Shown here in pieces: positions 1 to 11,911 of a DNA stretch of 64,000 nucleotides. The stretch's first letter is position 1. Each line of letters starts with the position of its first letter. Origin of the DNA: an uncultured Acidobacteriota bacterium (GTDB lineage: Bacteria > Acidobacteriota > Thermoanaerobaculia > Multivoradales > SZUA-115); assembly GCA_963805975.1 (NCBI GenBank), contig CAWDVR010000001.1, positions 160,001-224,000 on the forward strand, written 5' to 3'. The position numbers and the translations under genes are program-made. The notes beneath the pieces are model-generated. The model saw only the letters and a list, made by a program, of their open reading frames with translations, was not told the origin of the DNA and did not search any database.

Positions 1-389
<389 letters not shown>

Positions 390-570
390 AGACCGGGTAG
401 TATAGCTGCCGCTCATTGTGCATCAGCCAGCCCGCGGGTCCTGTCGGCCGCCGTCTCCCCGCTCCGCTCCTCCCTGCACAGCGATGTCCGGTGCTCGCGG
501 GGCCCCTCGCCGGCCGCCACCCGCGAGCTGGCTGATGCACGGCTTGGAGCTGGTAAAGTCGCCGGCCGCC

Positions 571-1374
571 ATGAGTCTCCTCGAGGCCATCGTCCTGGGC
601 CTGATCCAGGGCGCTTCCGAGTTCCTGCCGATCAGCTCCTCCGGTCATCTCATCCTGCTGCCCAAGCTCCTGGGCTGGCAGGATCACAGCCTCGCCTTCG
701 ACGAAGCGCTGAACACCGGCACGCTGCTGGCGGTGATCCTCTACTTCCGCCACGAGCTGGCGCGCCTCACGCGCGCCGGCCTCGCCTCGTTGCGGCGCCC
801 GGCAGAGCTCGACTCCGACGGGCGCCTCGCGTGGCAGCTCGCGGTGGCCACCCTGCCCGCGGCCGTGGCGGGGCTGTTGTTGCACGACTGGATCGCCGGC
901 GAGGCCAGGAACCCGGTGCTGATCGCCTGCAATTTGATCGGGTTCGGCCTCCTGCTCTTCCTGGCGGACCGCTTCGGCCGCCGCGTGCGGGAGATGGCGA
1001 GCCTCGCCTGGAGCGATGCGATGCTGATCGGCTTGGCGCAGGCCCTGGCCCTGGTGCCCGGCACCTCCCGCTCCGGCGTCACCATGACCATGGCGCTGCT
1101 CCTGGGCCTCACCCGGCCGGCGGCGGCGCGCTTCTCCTTCCTGCTCTCCGTGCCGGTCGGCCTGCTGGTGGCGGCGCACGACGCGCTGGCGCTGGCGAAA
1201 GGCGGCGTGGCGACCGCCGACCTGCCGGCCCTGGGGGTGGCGGTCGCCGCCTCGGCCGTCTCCGGCTTCTTGGTGATCGGCTGGCTGCTCGCCTGGCTCC
1301 GCCGCCAGAGCATGGCGGTCTTCACCGCCTACCGCATGGCGCTGGGAATCGTGATCCTGGCCCTGTTTCTGTAG
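571..1374 (+). CDS. uppP: Undecaprenyl-diphosphate phosphatase (BacA family)
   Basis: IQGASEFLPISSSGH and PGTSRSG motifs; multi-pass membrane protein; start set at MSLLEAIVLG. Confidence 0.95.
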   Translation: MSLLEAIVLGLIQGASEFLPISSSGHLILLPKLLGWQDHSLAFDEALNTGTLLAVILYFRHELARLTRAGLASLRRPAELDSDGRLAWQLAVATLPAAVAGLLLHDWIAGEARNPVLIACNLIGFGLLLFLADRFGRRVREMASLAWSDAMLIGLAQALALVPGTSRSGVTMTMALLLGLTRPAAARFSFLLSVPVGLLVAAHDALALAKGGVATADLPALGVAVAASAVSGFLVIGWLLAWLRRQSMAVFTAYRMALGIVILALFL

Positions 1375-1376
1375 CT

Positions 1377-3162
1377 CTACGCCGCCGGCAGGGTGATGCG
1401 GAAGGTGGAGCCGATGCCTTCCTTGCTCTCGACGTCGACCTTGCCGCCGTGGAGCTGCGCGATGTGCTTGACGATGGCGAGCCCGAGGCCGGTGCCGCCT
1501 TCCTCGCGCGAGCGCCCCTTGTCCACGCGGTAGAAGCGCTCGAAAAGGCGCGGCAGCGCCGACGCCGGGATGCCGATGCCGGTGTCGATCACCTGCAGCA
1601 CGATCGAGGCGCCGCGGGGAGCGAGCGCCACTGCCACCTTGCCGCCGGGCCGGTTGTACTTGACCGCGTTGTCCAGCAGGTTGACGACCAGCCGCTCGAG
1701 GCTCGCGGGGTGGCCGGCCACCGGCGGCGCGGGCTCGAGATCGAGGCGGATCTCGACCCCCTTCTCGCGCGCCGTCTCGGCCACCAGCTCCACCGCCCGC
1801 TCGACCAGCGGCGCCAGCTCCAGGCGCTCGCTGGGCAGCGCGGCGGTGTCCACGCTCTCGAGGCGCGAGAGGGTGAGCAGATCGTCGAGCAGGACCTGGA
1901 GCCGCCGGCACTGCACCAGGATGCGCTCGGTGAAGCGGCGGGCCGCGGGGCCGTCGTCCAAGGCGCCGTCGCGCAGCGTCTCGGCGTAGCCGCGGATCGC
2001 GGACAGCGGCGTCTTGAGCTCGTGCGAGACGTTGGCCACGAAGTCGCGCCGCATCTTGGTGAGGAGGGTGAAGGCCGTGGTGTCGCGGGCCACCACCACC
2101 GCGCCCTGGCCCGGGCCGAGCGAGGCGCTGGCGAGCGACAGCGAGCGCGGCTCGGGCAGCTCGATCTCGAGCTCCGCGGTCTCGGCGGTGCCGTGCTCGA
2201 GCGTCGCCTGGACGATCTCCGCCAGCCGCGGCTGGCGGGTGATCTCGAGCGCCGCGCGGCCGGCCACGTCCTCGGCGAGCGAGAACAGGCGGGCGAAGGC
2301 CGGGTTGCCGTACTGGGCCGTGCCGTCCGCGCCTACCACCAGCACGCCCTCGGACATGCTGGCGAGGATGGTGCGCAGGTGGTCGCGCTCCTCCTCGGCG
2401 GCGTGGATCTGCTGCTGCACCGAGACCGACAGCCGGTTGAGCGCCGAGGCGAGCGAGCGGAGCTGATCGTCCTCGGGCAGGGCGATGCGCGGCTGGTGCT
2501 CGCCGCCGGCCATGCGGCCGGCGCCCTGGATGATGTCGAGGAGCGGCTTCAGGAATCGGCGGTCGAGCCACAGCGAGATCACGGCCAGGGCCGCCAGGGC
2601 GGCGCCCAGCGACGGCAGCAGGGCGAGCAGGACGCGGCTCTCCCAGAGGTCGAGCGCGGCCACGGGCTGGGCGAGGCGCAGCAGGAGGGCGCGGCCGTCG
2701 GCGGTCGGGATCCGCCGCGCGGCGTAGACGTACTCGAGGCCGGTGGTGGCGCTCGCCCGCGTGGCCCAGCCCTCGCCGCGCTCGAGGGCGGCCTGCACCT
2801 CGGGCCGCCCGGCGTGGCTCTCGAGGCCGCCGATCTCGGCCGGAACCACGGCGCTGTCCGCGAGCACGGTGCCGTCGAGCCCCAGCACCGTGATCCGGAG
2901 CTCGCTCGCCGCGGGCAGTCTGCGCGACCCAGGTCTCGAGCTCGGCCGCGGCGTCCGTTGGAGAGGAGGCTCGAGCGCCGGCGGCGCTCCAGCGCTCGGC
3001 GATCATCGGTGCCAGCAGCTTCGAGGTGTCGAGGAGCTGCTGCGCGGCGCTCTTCTCGATGGTCGCCGGCAGCAGTTGCCAGAGCACGGCGGCGGCGGTC
3101 GCCGCCGCCGCCAGCGCCGGCACCAGCGGCGCCAGCCTCAGCTTCCAGGAGGACGCGGCCAT
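1377..3162 (-). CDS. phoR: PhoR-type sensor histidine kinase (HAMP-PAS-HisKA-HATPase) with an apparent +1 frameshift near 2910-2925
   Basis: DFVANVSHELKTPL, NLLDNAVKY, RLFERFYRVDKGRSREEGGTGLGLAIVKH. The N-terminal TM segment (MAASSWKLRLAPLVPALAA...) from ATG 3162 is in another frame; span is 3n+1. Confidence 0.85.
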
Positions 3163-3176
3163 GCGCGCAACCCGCG

Positions 3177-3864
3177 CTAGGTGCGCAGGCGGTAGCCGAC
3201 GCCGATCACCGTCTCGATGCGGTCGGCCTCGGGGCCGAGCTTGCGGCGCAGGCGGCGGATGTGGGTGTCGACGGTGCGGCTGTCCACGTCCTCGGCGTAG
3301 CCCCAGACGTCGGCGAGCAGGCGCGCCCGGGTCTGCACCCTGCCGGCGCGTTCGAGCAGCACCTTCAGCAGCCGGAACTCGGTGGCGGTCAGCGGCACCT
3401 CGCGGCCGCGCGACCTCGAGCCGGTGGGCGGAGAGGCCGAGGCGGATCTTGCCCAGCTCCAGCGCCTCGTCCGGCTGCGCCTCGGCGCCGCGGCCGCGGC
3501 GCAGCACGGCACGGATGCGCAGCACCACCTCGCGCGGGCTGAACGGCTTGGGGATGTAGTCGTCGGCGCCCAGCTCCAGGCCGACGATGCGGTCGACCTC
3601 CTCGCTCTTGGCGGTGAGCATGACGAGGGGGATGGCGGCGGTGGCGGCGTCCCGCTTCAGGCTGCGGGTGACCTCGAGGCCGCCCAGGCCGGGGAGCATG
3701 AGGTCGAGAAGGATGAGCTGCGGCGGCTTCTGGCGGATGCGCTCGACGGCGGTGTCGCCGCGCGGGATGACCTCCACCTCGAAGCCTTCTTTCTCGAGGT
3801 TGTAGCGCAGGACCTCGCCGATATCCGGCTCGTCCTCGACGATTGCGATGCGTTCCGGGCTCAC
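3177..3864 (-). CDS. phoB: PhoB/OmpR-family response regulator with an apparent +1 frameshift near 3410
   Basis: GTG at 3864 reads ERIAIVEDEPDI...LILLDLMLPG...LELGADDYIPKPFSPREV. The winged-helix C-terminus (LTATEFRLL...SRTVDTHIRRLRRKL...VIGVGYR) is in the next frame. Confidence 0.85.
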
Positions 3865-3884
3865 GCGAGCAGGCTAGCACGGAG

Positions 3885-4080
3885 TTCTCCACAGGAGCTG
3901 TGGAAAACCCTGTGCAAAACGGGCACTGAAACCGTCTCCACCCGCAGAGAAACCGGGGTTTCAGCGCTTTGAACAGAACCTTGTGCAACTGAGCTAAGCC
4001 ATTGAAAACACTCACTCGTCAACAACCGATCCCGCAGCGCGAAAAACCAGACTGTCCACCTTGCAGGACAGTTTTCCGCA
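3885..4080. promoter_or_regulatory. Cluster of DnaA-box-like 9-mers in a relatively AT-rich intergenic region
   Basis: TTCTCCACA 3885-3893, TGTGGAAAA 3899-3907, TGTGCAAAA 3911-3919, TGTGCAACT 3982-3990, CTGTCCACC 4052-4060, TTTTCCGCA 4072-4080 (consensus TTWTNCACA). Confidence 0.45.
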
Positions 4081-4082
4081 GG

Positions 4083-4128
4083 AGCTTTGTGACGCCCTTT
4101 TGACGGCTCTGCTAACCCTTTGTAACAC
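4083..4128 (-). promoter_or_regulatory. Pho-box-like array of four 11-bp direct repeats upstream of phoB
   Basis: Minus strand GTTACAAAGGG-TTAGCAGAGCC-GTCAAAAGGGC-GTCACAAAGCT; hexamers at 4088, 4099, 4110 and 4121, exactly 11 bp apart. Confidence 0.55.
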
Positions 4129-4242
4129 CAGAGGTTAGAGAGCGAGACCGAGCGCCGGCCGAGGCTCGGGCAAGTGGCGCCGGGGCCACCACCGCAGTCA
4201 TGATCCGGCTGTGATAGCGTCCGCCGCTCGGAGGCTCAAACC

Positions 4243-5328
4243 CTGAAGCGAACCCCGCTCTACGAGTGTCACCGGGAGGCTGGAGCCCGACTGGTCGAGT
4301 TCGCCGGTTGGGAGATGCCGGTCCAGTACACGGGCGTCATGGAGGAGCACCGCGCGGTCCGCGAGGCTGCCGGCCTCTTCGACGTCTCGCACATGGGCGA
4401 GGTGCGCGTCACCGGCCCCGGGGCCCTCGCCTTCGTCCAGCGCCTCACCCCCAACGACGTCACCAAGCTCACCCCCGGGCGTGCGCACTACAGCGGCCTG
4501 CTCAACGAGCGCGGCACCTATCTCGACGACATCCTGGTCTATCGCATCGGGCCGGAAGAGCTGCTGCTGGTCGTCAACGCGTCGAACGCGGACCAGGACT
4601 TCGCCTGGATCGCGAGCCACGCCGACGCCTCGGTCACGGTCGAGAACGTCTCCGACGACTACGCCTTGCTCGCCCTCCAGGGCCCCAAGGCGATCGACAT
4701 CCTCCAGCGCCTGACCCAGACCGACCTCGCCGCGATCCGCTACTACCGCTTCGCCACCGGCGAGGTGGACGGTCGCCCGGCGATCCTGTCGCGCACCGGC
4801 TACACCGGCGAGGAGGGCTTCGAGCTCTACGTGGCGCCCGGCGACGCCGCCCACCTCTGGCGGACGCTCCTCGCCACCGGCGCCGGCGACGGCCTGGTTC
4901 CCACCGGCCTCGGAGCGCGCGACACCCTGCGCCTCGAGGCCGGCATGGCGCTCTACGGCCACGAGATCGACGATACGACCACCCCCTGGGAGGCCGGGCT
5001 CGACTGGGTGGTGAAGCTCGACGCCGGCGACTTCATCGGCCGCCAGGCCCTGGTCGAGCAGAAGGAGCGCGGCGTCGCGCGCCGCCTGGTCGGCTTCGAG
5101 GTCGAGGGCCGCGGCATCGCCCGCCAGGGTCACGAAGTTCTGGCCGAGGGCAAGGTCGTGGGGGCCGTGACCAGCGGTACCTGGAGCCCCACCTTCGGCA
5201 AGGCGCTCGGCATGGCCTACGCGCCCATCGGCCTGTCGGCGGCGGGCACCCCGGTCGAGCTCTCGGTGCGCGGCAAGCCGCTTGCGGCGCGCGTCGTCGA
5301 GCTGCCGTTCTACCAACGGGCGAAATGA
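4243..5328 (+). CDS. gcvT: Glycine cleavage system aminomethyltransferase T
   Basis: LKRTPLY...[10 protein letters not shown]...[35 protein letters not shown]. Start placed at CTG 4243 after GGAGG. Confidence 0.95.
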   Translation: MKRTPLYECHREAGARLVEFAGWEMPVQYTGVMEEHRAVREAAGLFDVSHMGEVRVTGPGALAFVQRLTPNDVTKLTPGRAHYSGLLNERGTYLDDILVYRIGPEELLLVVNASNADQDFAWIASHADASVTVENVSDDYALLALQGPKAIDILQRLTQTDLAAIRYYRFATGEVDGRPAILSRTGYTGEEGFELYVAPGDAAHLWRTLLATGAGDGLVPTGLGARDTLRLEAGMALYGHEIDDTTTPWEAGLDWVVKLDAGDFIGRQALVEQKERGVARRLVGFEVEGRGIARQGHEVLAEGKVVGAVTSGTWSPTFGKALGMAYAPIGLSAAGTPVELSVRGKPLAARVVELPFYQRAK

Positions 5329-5372
5329 CGGTGTCGGGGTTCGAGAGTCCGGCGCCAAGGAGAGCATGACCG

Positions 5373-5765
5373 ATGTCCAACTATCCGAGCGCTTACCTCT
5401 ATACCGAGGAGCACGAGTGGGTCCGCGTCGACGGCGACCTGTGCGTTCTCGGCATCACCGAGTTCGCCCAGCACGAGCTGGGGGAGGTGGTCTTCGTCGA
5501 GCTGCCCGAGGTCGGGCAGGTGTTCGACGCCAAGGACGAGATCGGCACCATCGAGTCGGTGAAAGCCGTCGCCGAGGTCTACACACCGGTCGCCGGTGAG
5601 GTGGTCGAGATCAACGACGCGGTGGTCGAGGATCCGGAGCTGCTCAACGAGGATCCGCACGGCGACGGCTGGCTGGTGAAGTTCCGTTTCTCCTCGTCGA
5701 ACGACCTCAAGTCCCTGATGAGTGCCGAGAAGTACGAGGAGTTCGTCAAGCAGGGCGGGGAGTGA
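5373..5765 (+). CDS. gcvH: Glycine cleavage system H protein
   Basis: YTEEHEW, GITEFAQHELGEVVFV, IESVKAV (lipoyl Lys), DPHGDGWL. Confidence 0.97.
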   Translation: MSNYPSAYLYTEEHEWVRVDGDLCVLGITEFAQHELGEVVFVELPEVGQVFDAKDEIGTIESVKAVAEVYTPVAGEVVEINDAVVEDPELLNEDPHGDGWLVKFRFSSSNDLKSLMSAEKYEEFVKQGGE

Positions 5766-5769
5766 GGCG

Positions 5770-7158
5770 TTGACGGCGGCCCATCGCTACCTCTCGCTCG
5801 GCGGCGAAGACCGCGAAGAGATGCTCGGCGCCCTGGGCGTCGACTCGGTCGAGCGTCTGTTCGACGCCCTGCCGCCGGCGGTCCGGCTGGGCGCGCCTCT
5901 CGCCATCGAGGGTCCGCTCTCGGACCAGGAGCTGCGGCGCCGCTTCCGTGGCTTCGAAGCGGCCAACCGCGTGGCCGGCCGCGACCTCGCGAGCTTCCTG
6001 GGCGCGGGCGCCTACCGCCACGACACGCCGGCCGCGGTCGATCACCTGATCCAGCGCGGCGAGTTCCTCACCGTCTACACGCCCTACCAGCCGGAGATGA
6101 GCCAGGGCACCTTGCAGGCCATCTTCGAGTTCCAGACCTTCATGTCGCTCCTGACCGGCCTGCCGGCGGCCAACGCCTCGCTCTACGACGGCGCCAGCGC
6201 CTTCGCCGAGGCCGTGCTGATGGCCGTGCGCGTGGGCAAGAAGCGGCGCAAGGTGGTGATCTCGCGCGCCCTTCACCCGCAGTACCGGCAGACCCTTGCC
6301 ACCTACGCTCAGAACTTGGATCTCACCGTCGTCGAGGTCGGCTGGGACGAGACCGGCGCCACCGACGCCCAGGCCCTGGCCGCGGCGCTCGACGCCGAGA
6401 CCGCCTGCGTCGCCGTGCAGTCGCCCAACTACTTCGGCGTCGTCGAGAGCTGGGACGGCGCCTCCGCCGCCGCGCATGCGGCCGGAGCACTCGCGATCGG
6501 CGTGGTGGCCGAGGCCCTGAGCCTGGCGCTCTTGAAGAGCCCGGGCGAGGGCGGCTGCGACATCGCCTGCGGCGAGGCCCAGTCCTTCGGCCTGGCGCTC
6601 GCTTTCGGCGGACCCTACCTGGGTTTCCTCGCGGCGCGCGACGAGTTCAAGCGCGCCATGCCGGGCCGACTGGTGGGGCAGACCGTGGACGAGGAGGGTC
6701 GCCGCGCCTGGGTGCTGACGCTCGCCACTCGCGAGCAGCACATCCGCCGCGAGAAGGCGACCTCGAACATCTGCACCAACGTCGCGCTCTGCGCGCTGGC
6801 TGCGACCATCTATCTCTCGCTCCACGGCAAGGTGGGCCTGCGGCGGCTGGCGGAGATCAACCTGCAACGCGCCGCCTCGCTCTCGCGCCGGCTGTCCGCC
6901 GCCGGCACGGGGTTGAAGCGGCGCTTCTCGGGGCCGGTCTTCAACGAGCTGACGTTCGCCGCCACGGCACCGGTGCCGGAGCTGCTCGCGGAGCTGCTGT
7001 CCGCCGGTGTGCTGGCGGGCGTGCCGCTCGGCGACGACTACCCGGAGCTCGGCGACTGCTTCACCCTGGCGGTCACCGAGACCAACCCGCCGTCCGACCT
7101 CGACAAGCTGGTGGCCGAGGCCGGCCGCCTCGCTGGCCGCGCGACCGTCCCCGCCTGA
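5770..7158 (+). CDS. gcvPA: Glycine dehydrogenase (decarboxylating) subunit 1
   Basis: YTPYQPEMSQGTLQAIFEFQT, ANASLYDGA, REQHIRREKATSNICTN; TTG start at 5770. Confidence 0.95.
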   Translation: MTAAHRYLSLGGEDREEMLGALGVDSVERLFDALPPAVRLGAPLAIEGPLSDQELRRRFRGFEAANRVAGRDLASFLGAGAYRHDTPAAVDHLIQRGEFLTVYTPYQPEMSQGTLQAIFEFQTFMSLLTGLPAANASLYDGASAFAEAVLMAVRVGKKRRKVVISRALHPQYRQTLATYAQNLDLTVVEVGWDETGATDAQALAAALDAETACVAVQSPNYFGVVESWDGASAAAHAAGALAIGVVAEALSLALLKSPGEGGCDIACGEAQSFGLALAFGGPYLGFLAARDEFKRAMPGRLVGQTVDEEGRRAWVLTLATREQHIRREKATSNICTNVALCALAATIYLSLHGKVGLRRLAEINLQRAASLSRRLSAAGTGLKRRFSGPVFNELTFAATAPVPELLAELLSAGVLAGVPLGDDYPELGDCFTLAVTETNPPSDLDKLVAEAGRLAGRATVPA

Positions 7159-7167
7159 GGAACTGCC

Positions 7168-8673
<1,506 letters not shown>

Positions 8674-8781
8674 GAGAGTCCCGCCCTCGCGCTTCCGGCG
8701 GGCCCGGGGCCCCCCTGGCCGGGAATCGGCTCGGGCTGGTGCGCGGTCGAGCGGGATCGCCCTCGCCTGCGTTCGGCTCGC

Positions 8782-8843
8782 ACCCAACATGCCGAGGCAG
8801 CGAGCGCGCTTCGCGGGCGCCACTGATCGGCAACCCGTCAGGT
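8782..8843 (+). mobile_element. Degenerate integron attC-like recombination site
   Basis: R'' ACCCAAC (RYYYAAC); arm TGCCGAGGCAG pairs with CTGATCGGCA with a bulge; central GCGCGCTTCGCGGGCGC hairpin; R' GTCAGGT is one mismatch from GTTRRRY; 62 bp. Confidence 0.5.
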
Positions 8844-8925
8844 GCCACGAAGAGAACCGGAGTCGTTCGCCCACGGGCCAAACGGGCTAAGCTATCTTGG
8901 AGTGGAAGGTATCCAGGGGCAGTAG

Positions 8926-9105
8926 ATGGATGACAGCAAACGCAAGAATCGCGAAGCTGGACTCAATTCCGCTGCTACGAAGGGTGAGGTGGAGCGCAGG
9001 CGAGCCGCGCACATGGCGAACTGGACGAGAAAGTTCGGCAAGAACGACAAGGAGAACCCATTCTCTAGAGCGAACTACTATTCGCGCGGGAAACCATGTC
9101 CCTAG
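8926..9105 (+). CDS. Small basic hypothetical protein (59 aa, below ORF-track cutoff)
   Basis: MDDSKRKNREAGLNSAATKGEVERRRAAHMANWTRKFGKNDKENPFSRANYYSRGKPCP*; AGGGG upstream; lower GC than flanks; composition unlike GC-rich shadow ORFs. Confidence 0.5.
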   Translation: MDDSKRKNREAGLNSAATKGEVERRRAAHMANWTRKFGKNDKENPFSRANYYSRGKPCP

Positions 9106-9160
9106 CCGATCGGCCGAACGGCTTGCTGCGTTCCTTGGGTGGCGGCGAATGGAGAGGCGA

Positions 9161-9454
9161 ATGAGCCCATCGACCATGCTGAAGCACCCGAGCGCGTTCG
9201 TTCCCGTTGTGATGTCCCTCGCTGCTCTCGCCATCGTTGTGGTGTTCCTCGCCTTGCACGGAACCGCACCCCAAGAGGATGAGGGTACGGCTGCCCACAT
9301 CTGGCAGCTCCTCATGGCTGCCCAAGTACCGATTGTTGGGTTCTTCGCGATCAAATGGCTGCCGCAATCACCAAGACAGGCTGTGCCCATCCTGGGCCTG
9401 CAGGTTGCCGCTGCGCTGGCAGCGATGGCACCCGTTTTCCTGCTTCACTGGTAG
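9161..9454 (+). CDS. Small hypothetical membrane protein (about 3 TM)
   Basis: GGAGAGG RBS; MSPSTMLKHPSAFVPVVMSLAAL...DEGTAAHIWQLLMAAQVP...; three hydrophobic segments. Confidence 0.7.
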   Translation: MSPSTMLKHPSAFVPVVMSLAALAIVVVFLALHGTAPQEDEGTAAHIWQLLMAAQVPIVGFFAIKWLPQSPRQAVPILGLQVAAALAAMAPVFLLHW

Positions 9455-9654
9455 GGGGCACTGCAGGTCGGCTAATGCCGCGGCGCAGCGCTGCGCCATG
9501 CGTTGCCAGACCCGGACGGCCGGCACAGGTCCGGCCGCTACGTCTTGACCTGGCCTGTCCCCGCCGGGAGCCTCCGGACACGCCGAAGCGCGGGGGTGCG
9601 GCCAGCGGCCAGCGATTGCAGCGGGATAGACTCCACGCCGTCGAGGATCTGCCC

Positions 9655-10248
9655 TTGCGTTCTTCCCAACTCCTCCGCCAGTTGCTTGTCTTGCTCGTCG
9701 TCGTGAGTGGCTGCGCGGCGTCGTGGGCGCGAGCCCAGGTGCCGGAGGGTAGCGGAAGGGCCGCGGTCAAGGTACAGCTTTCGGGCGCCGACGAGACCGT
9801 GGCGCTCGAGCGCCAGGCCGACGGCACCTACCGCTTCCTCCTCCAGCGCACGGATGGCGGCGTCGAGCCGCTGACGCCGGAGGCCTTTGCCGCCCGCGTC
9901 CACGGTGAGCAGGCGAGCCGCGGCTTCTGGCTGCGGCTGATGAACATCACCTCGCCCCTGGGGCTCGCCTGGGTCGCCCTCGGGCTCGCAGGGCAGGTGG
10001 TCTTCGCCGGCCGGATGATCGCCCAGTGGGTGGCGAGCGAAAGGCTCAAGCGCTCGGTGGTGCCGGACGTTTTCTGGTGGATGAGCCTTGCCGGCTCCTC
10101 GATGCTGATCGCCTATTTCGTCTGGCGCAAGGACTTGGTGGGCGTCCTCGGGCAGAGCACTGGCTGGCTCATCTACGTCCGAAACCTGTGGCTGATCCGC
10201 GCCCACCACGGCAGGCCTTCCCCGGAGACCGATTCCCTCCGGCCGTGA
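9655..10248 (+). CDS. Lipid-A-disaccharide synthase N-terminal domain (LAB_N) membrane protein
   Basis: GLAGQVVFAGRMIAQWVASERLKRSVVPDVFWWMSLAGS...KDLVGVLGQSTGWLIYVRN; start approximate (TTG after GAGGA). Confidence 0.8.
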   Translation: MRSSQLLRQLLVLLVVVSGCAASWARAQVPEGSGRAAVKVQLSGADETVALERQADGTYRFLLQRTDGGVEPLTPEAFAARVHGEQASRGFWLRLMNITSPLGLAWVALGLAGQVVFAGRMIAQWVASERLKRSVVPDVFWWMSLAGSSMLIAYFVWRKDLVGVLGQSTGWLIYVRNLWLIRAHHGRPSPETDSLRP

Positions 10249-10282
10249 GTCTCCAGCCCCACTGTGCCAGAATGGCGCTCCT

Positions 10283-11686
<1,404 letters not shown>

Positions 11687-11695
11687 GAGCGAGAG

Positions 11696-11911
11696 ATGGA
11701 GCTTCCGGCCGAGGTTCTGATCCACAACGAGCTCCTGGGCTTGAAGGGAGGCCGCGGGACTCTGCTCCGCGTCAGCTCGACCGGCTACTACGAGGTGAAC
11801 TGCCGCTTCGGTGAGAAGTCCCACCGCGCCTACTTCCCGGTCTCGAGCACAGTGCTCATCGCGGCGCAGCCCGAGTTCGCCCCCGTCGAGCTGGACGAGA
11901 TCGAGAGATAA
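11696..11911 (+). CDS. Hypothetical protein (71 aa)
   Basis: AGGAG RBS directly after the regulator stop; coding-like codon use. Confidence 0.7.
   Translation: MELPAEVLIHNELLGLKGGRGTLLRVSSTGYYEVNCRFGEKSHRAYFPVSSTVLIAAQPEFAPVELDEIER

Noticed and set aside
4020-4242. Glycine riboswitch upstream of gcvT
   Set aside because: The GGAGA...CCGAAG...CTCTCAGG aptamer signatures are not visible; an Infernal search would be decisive.
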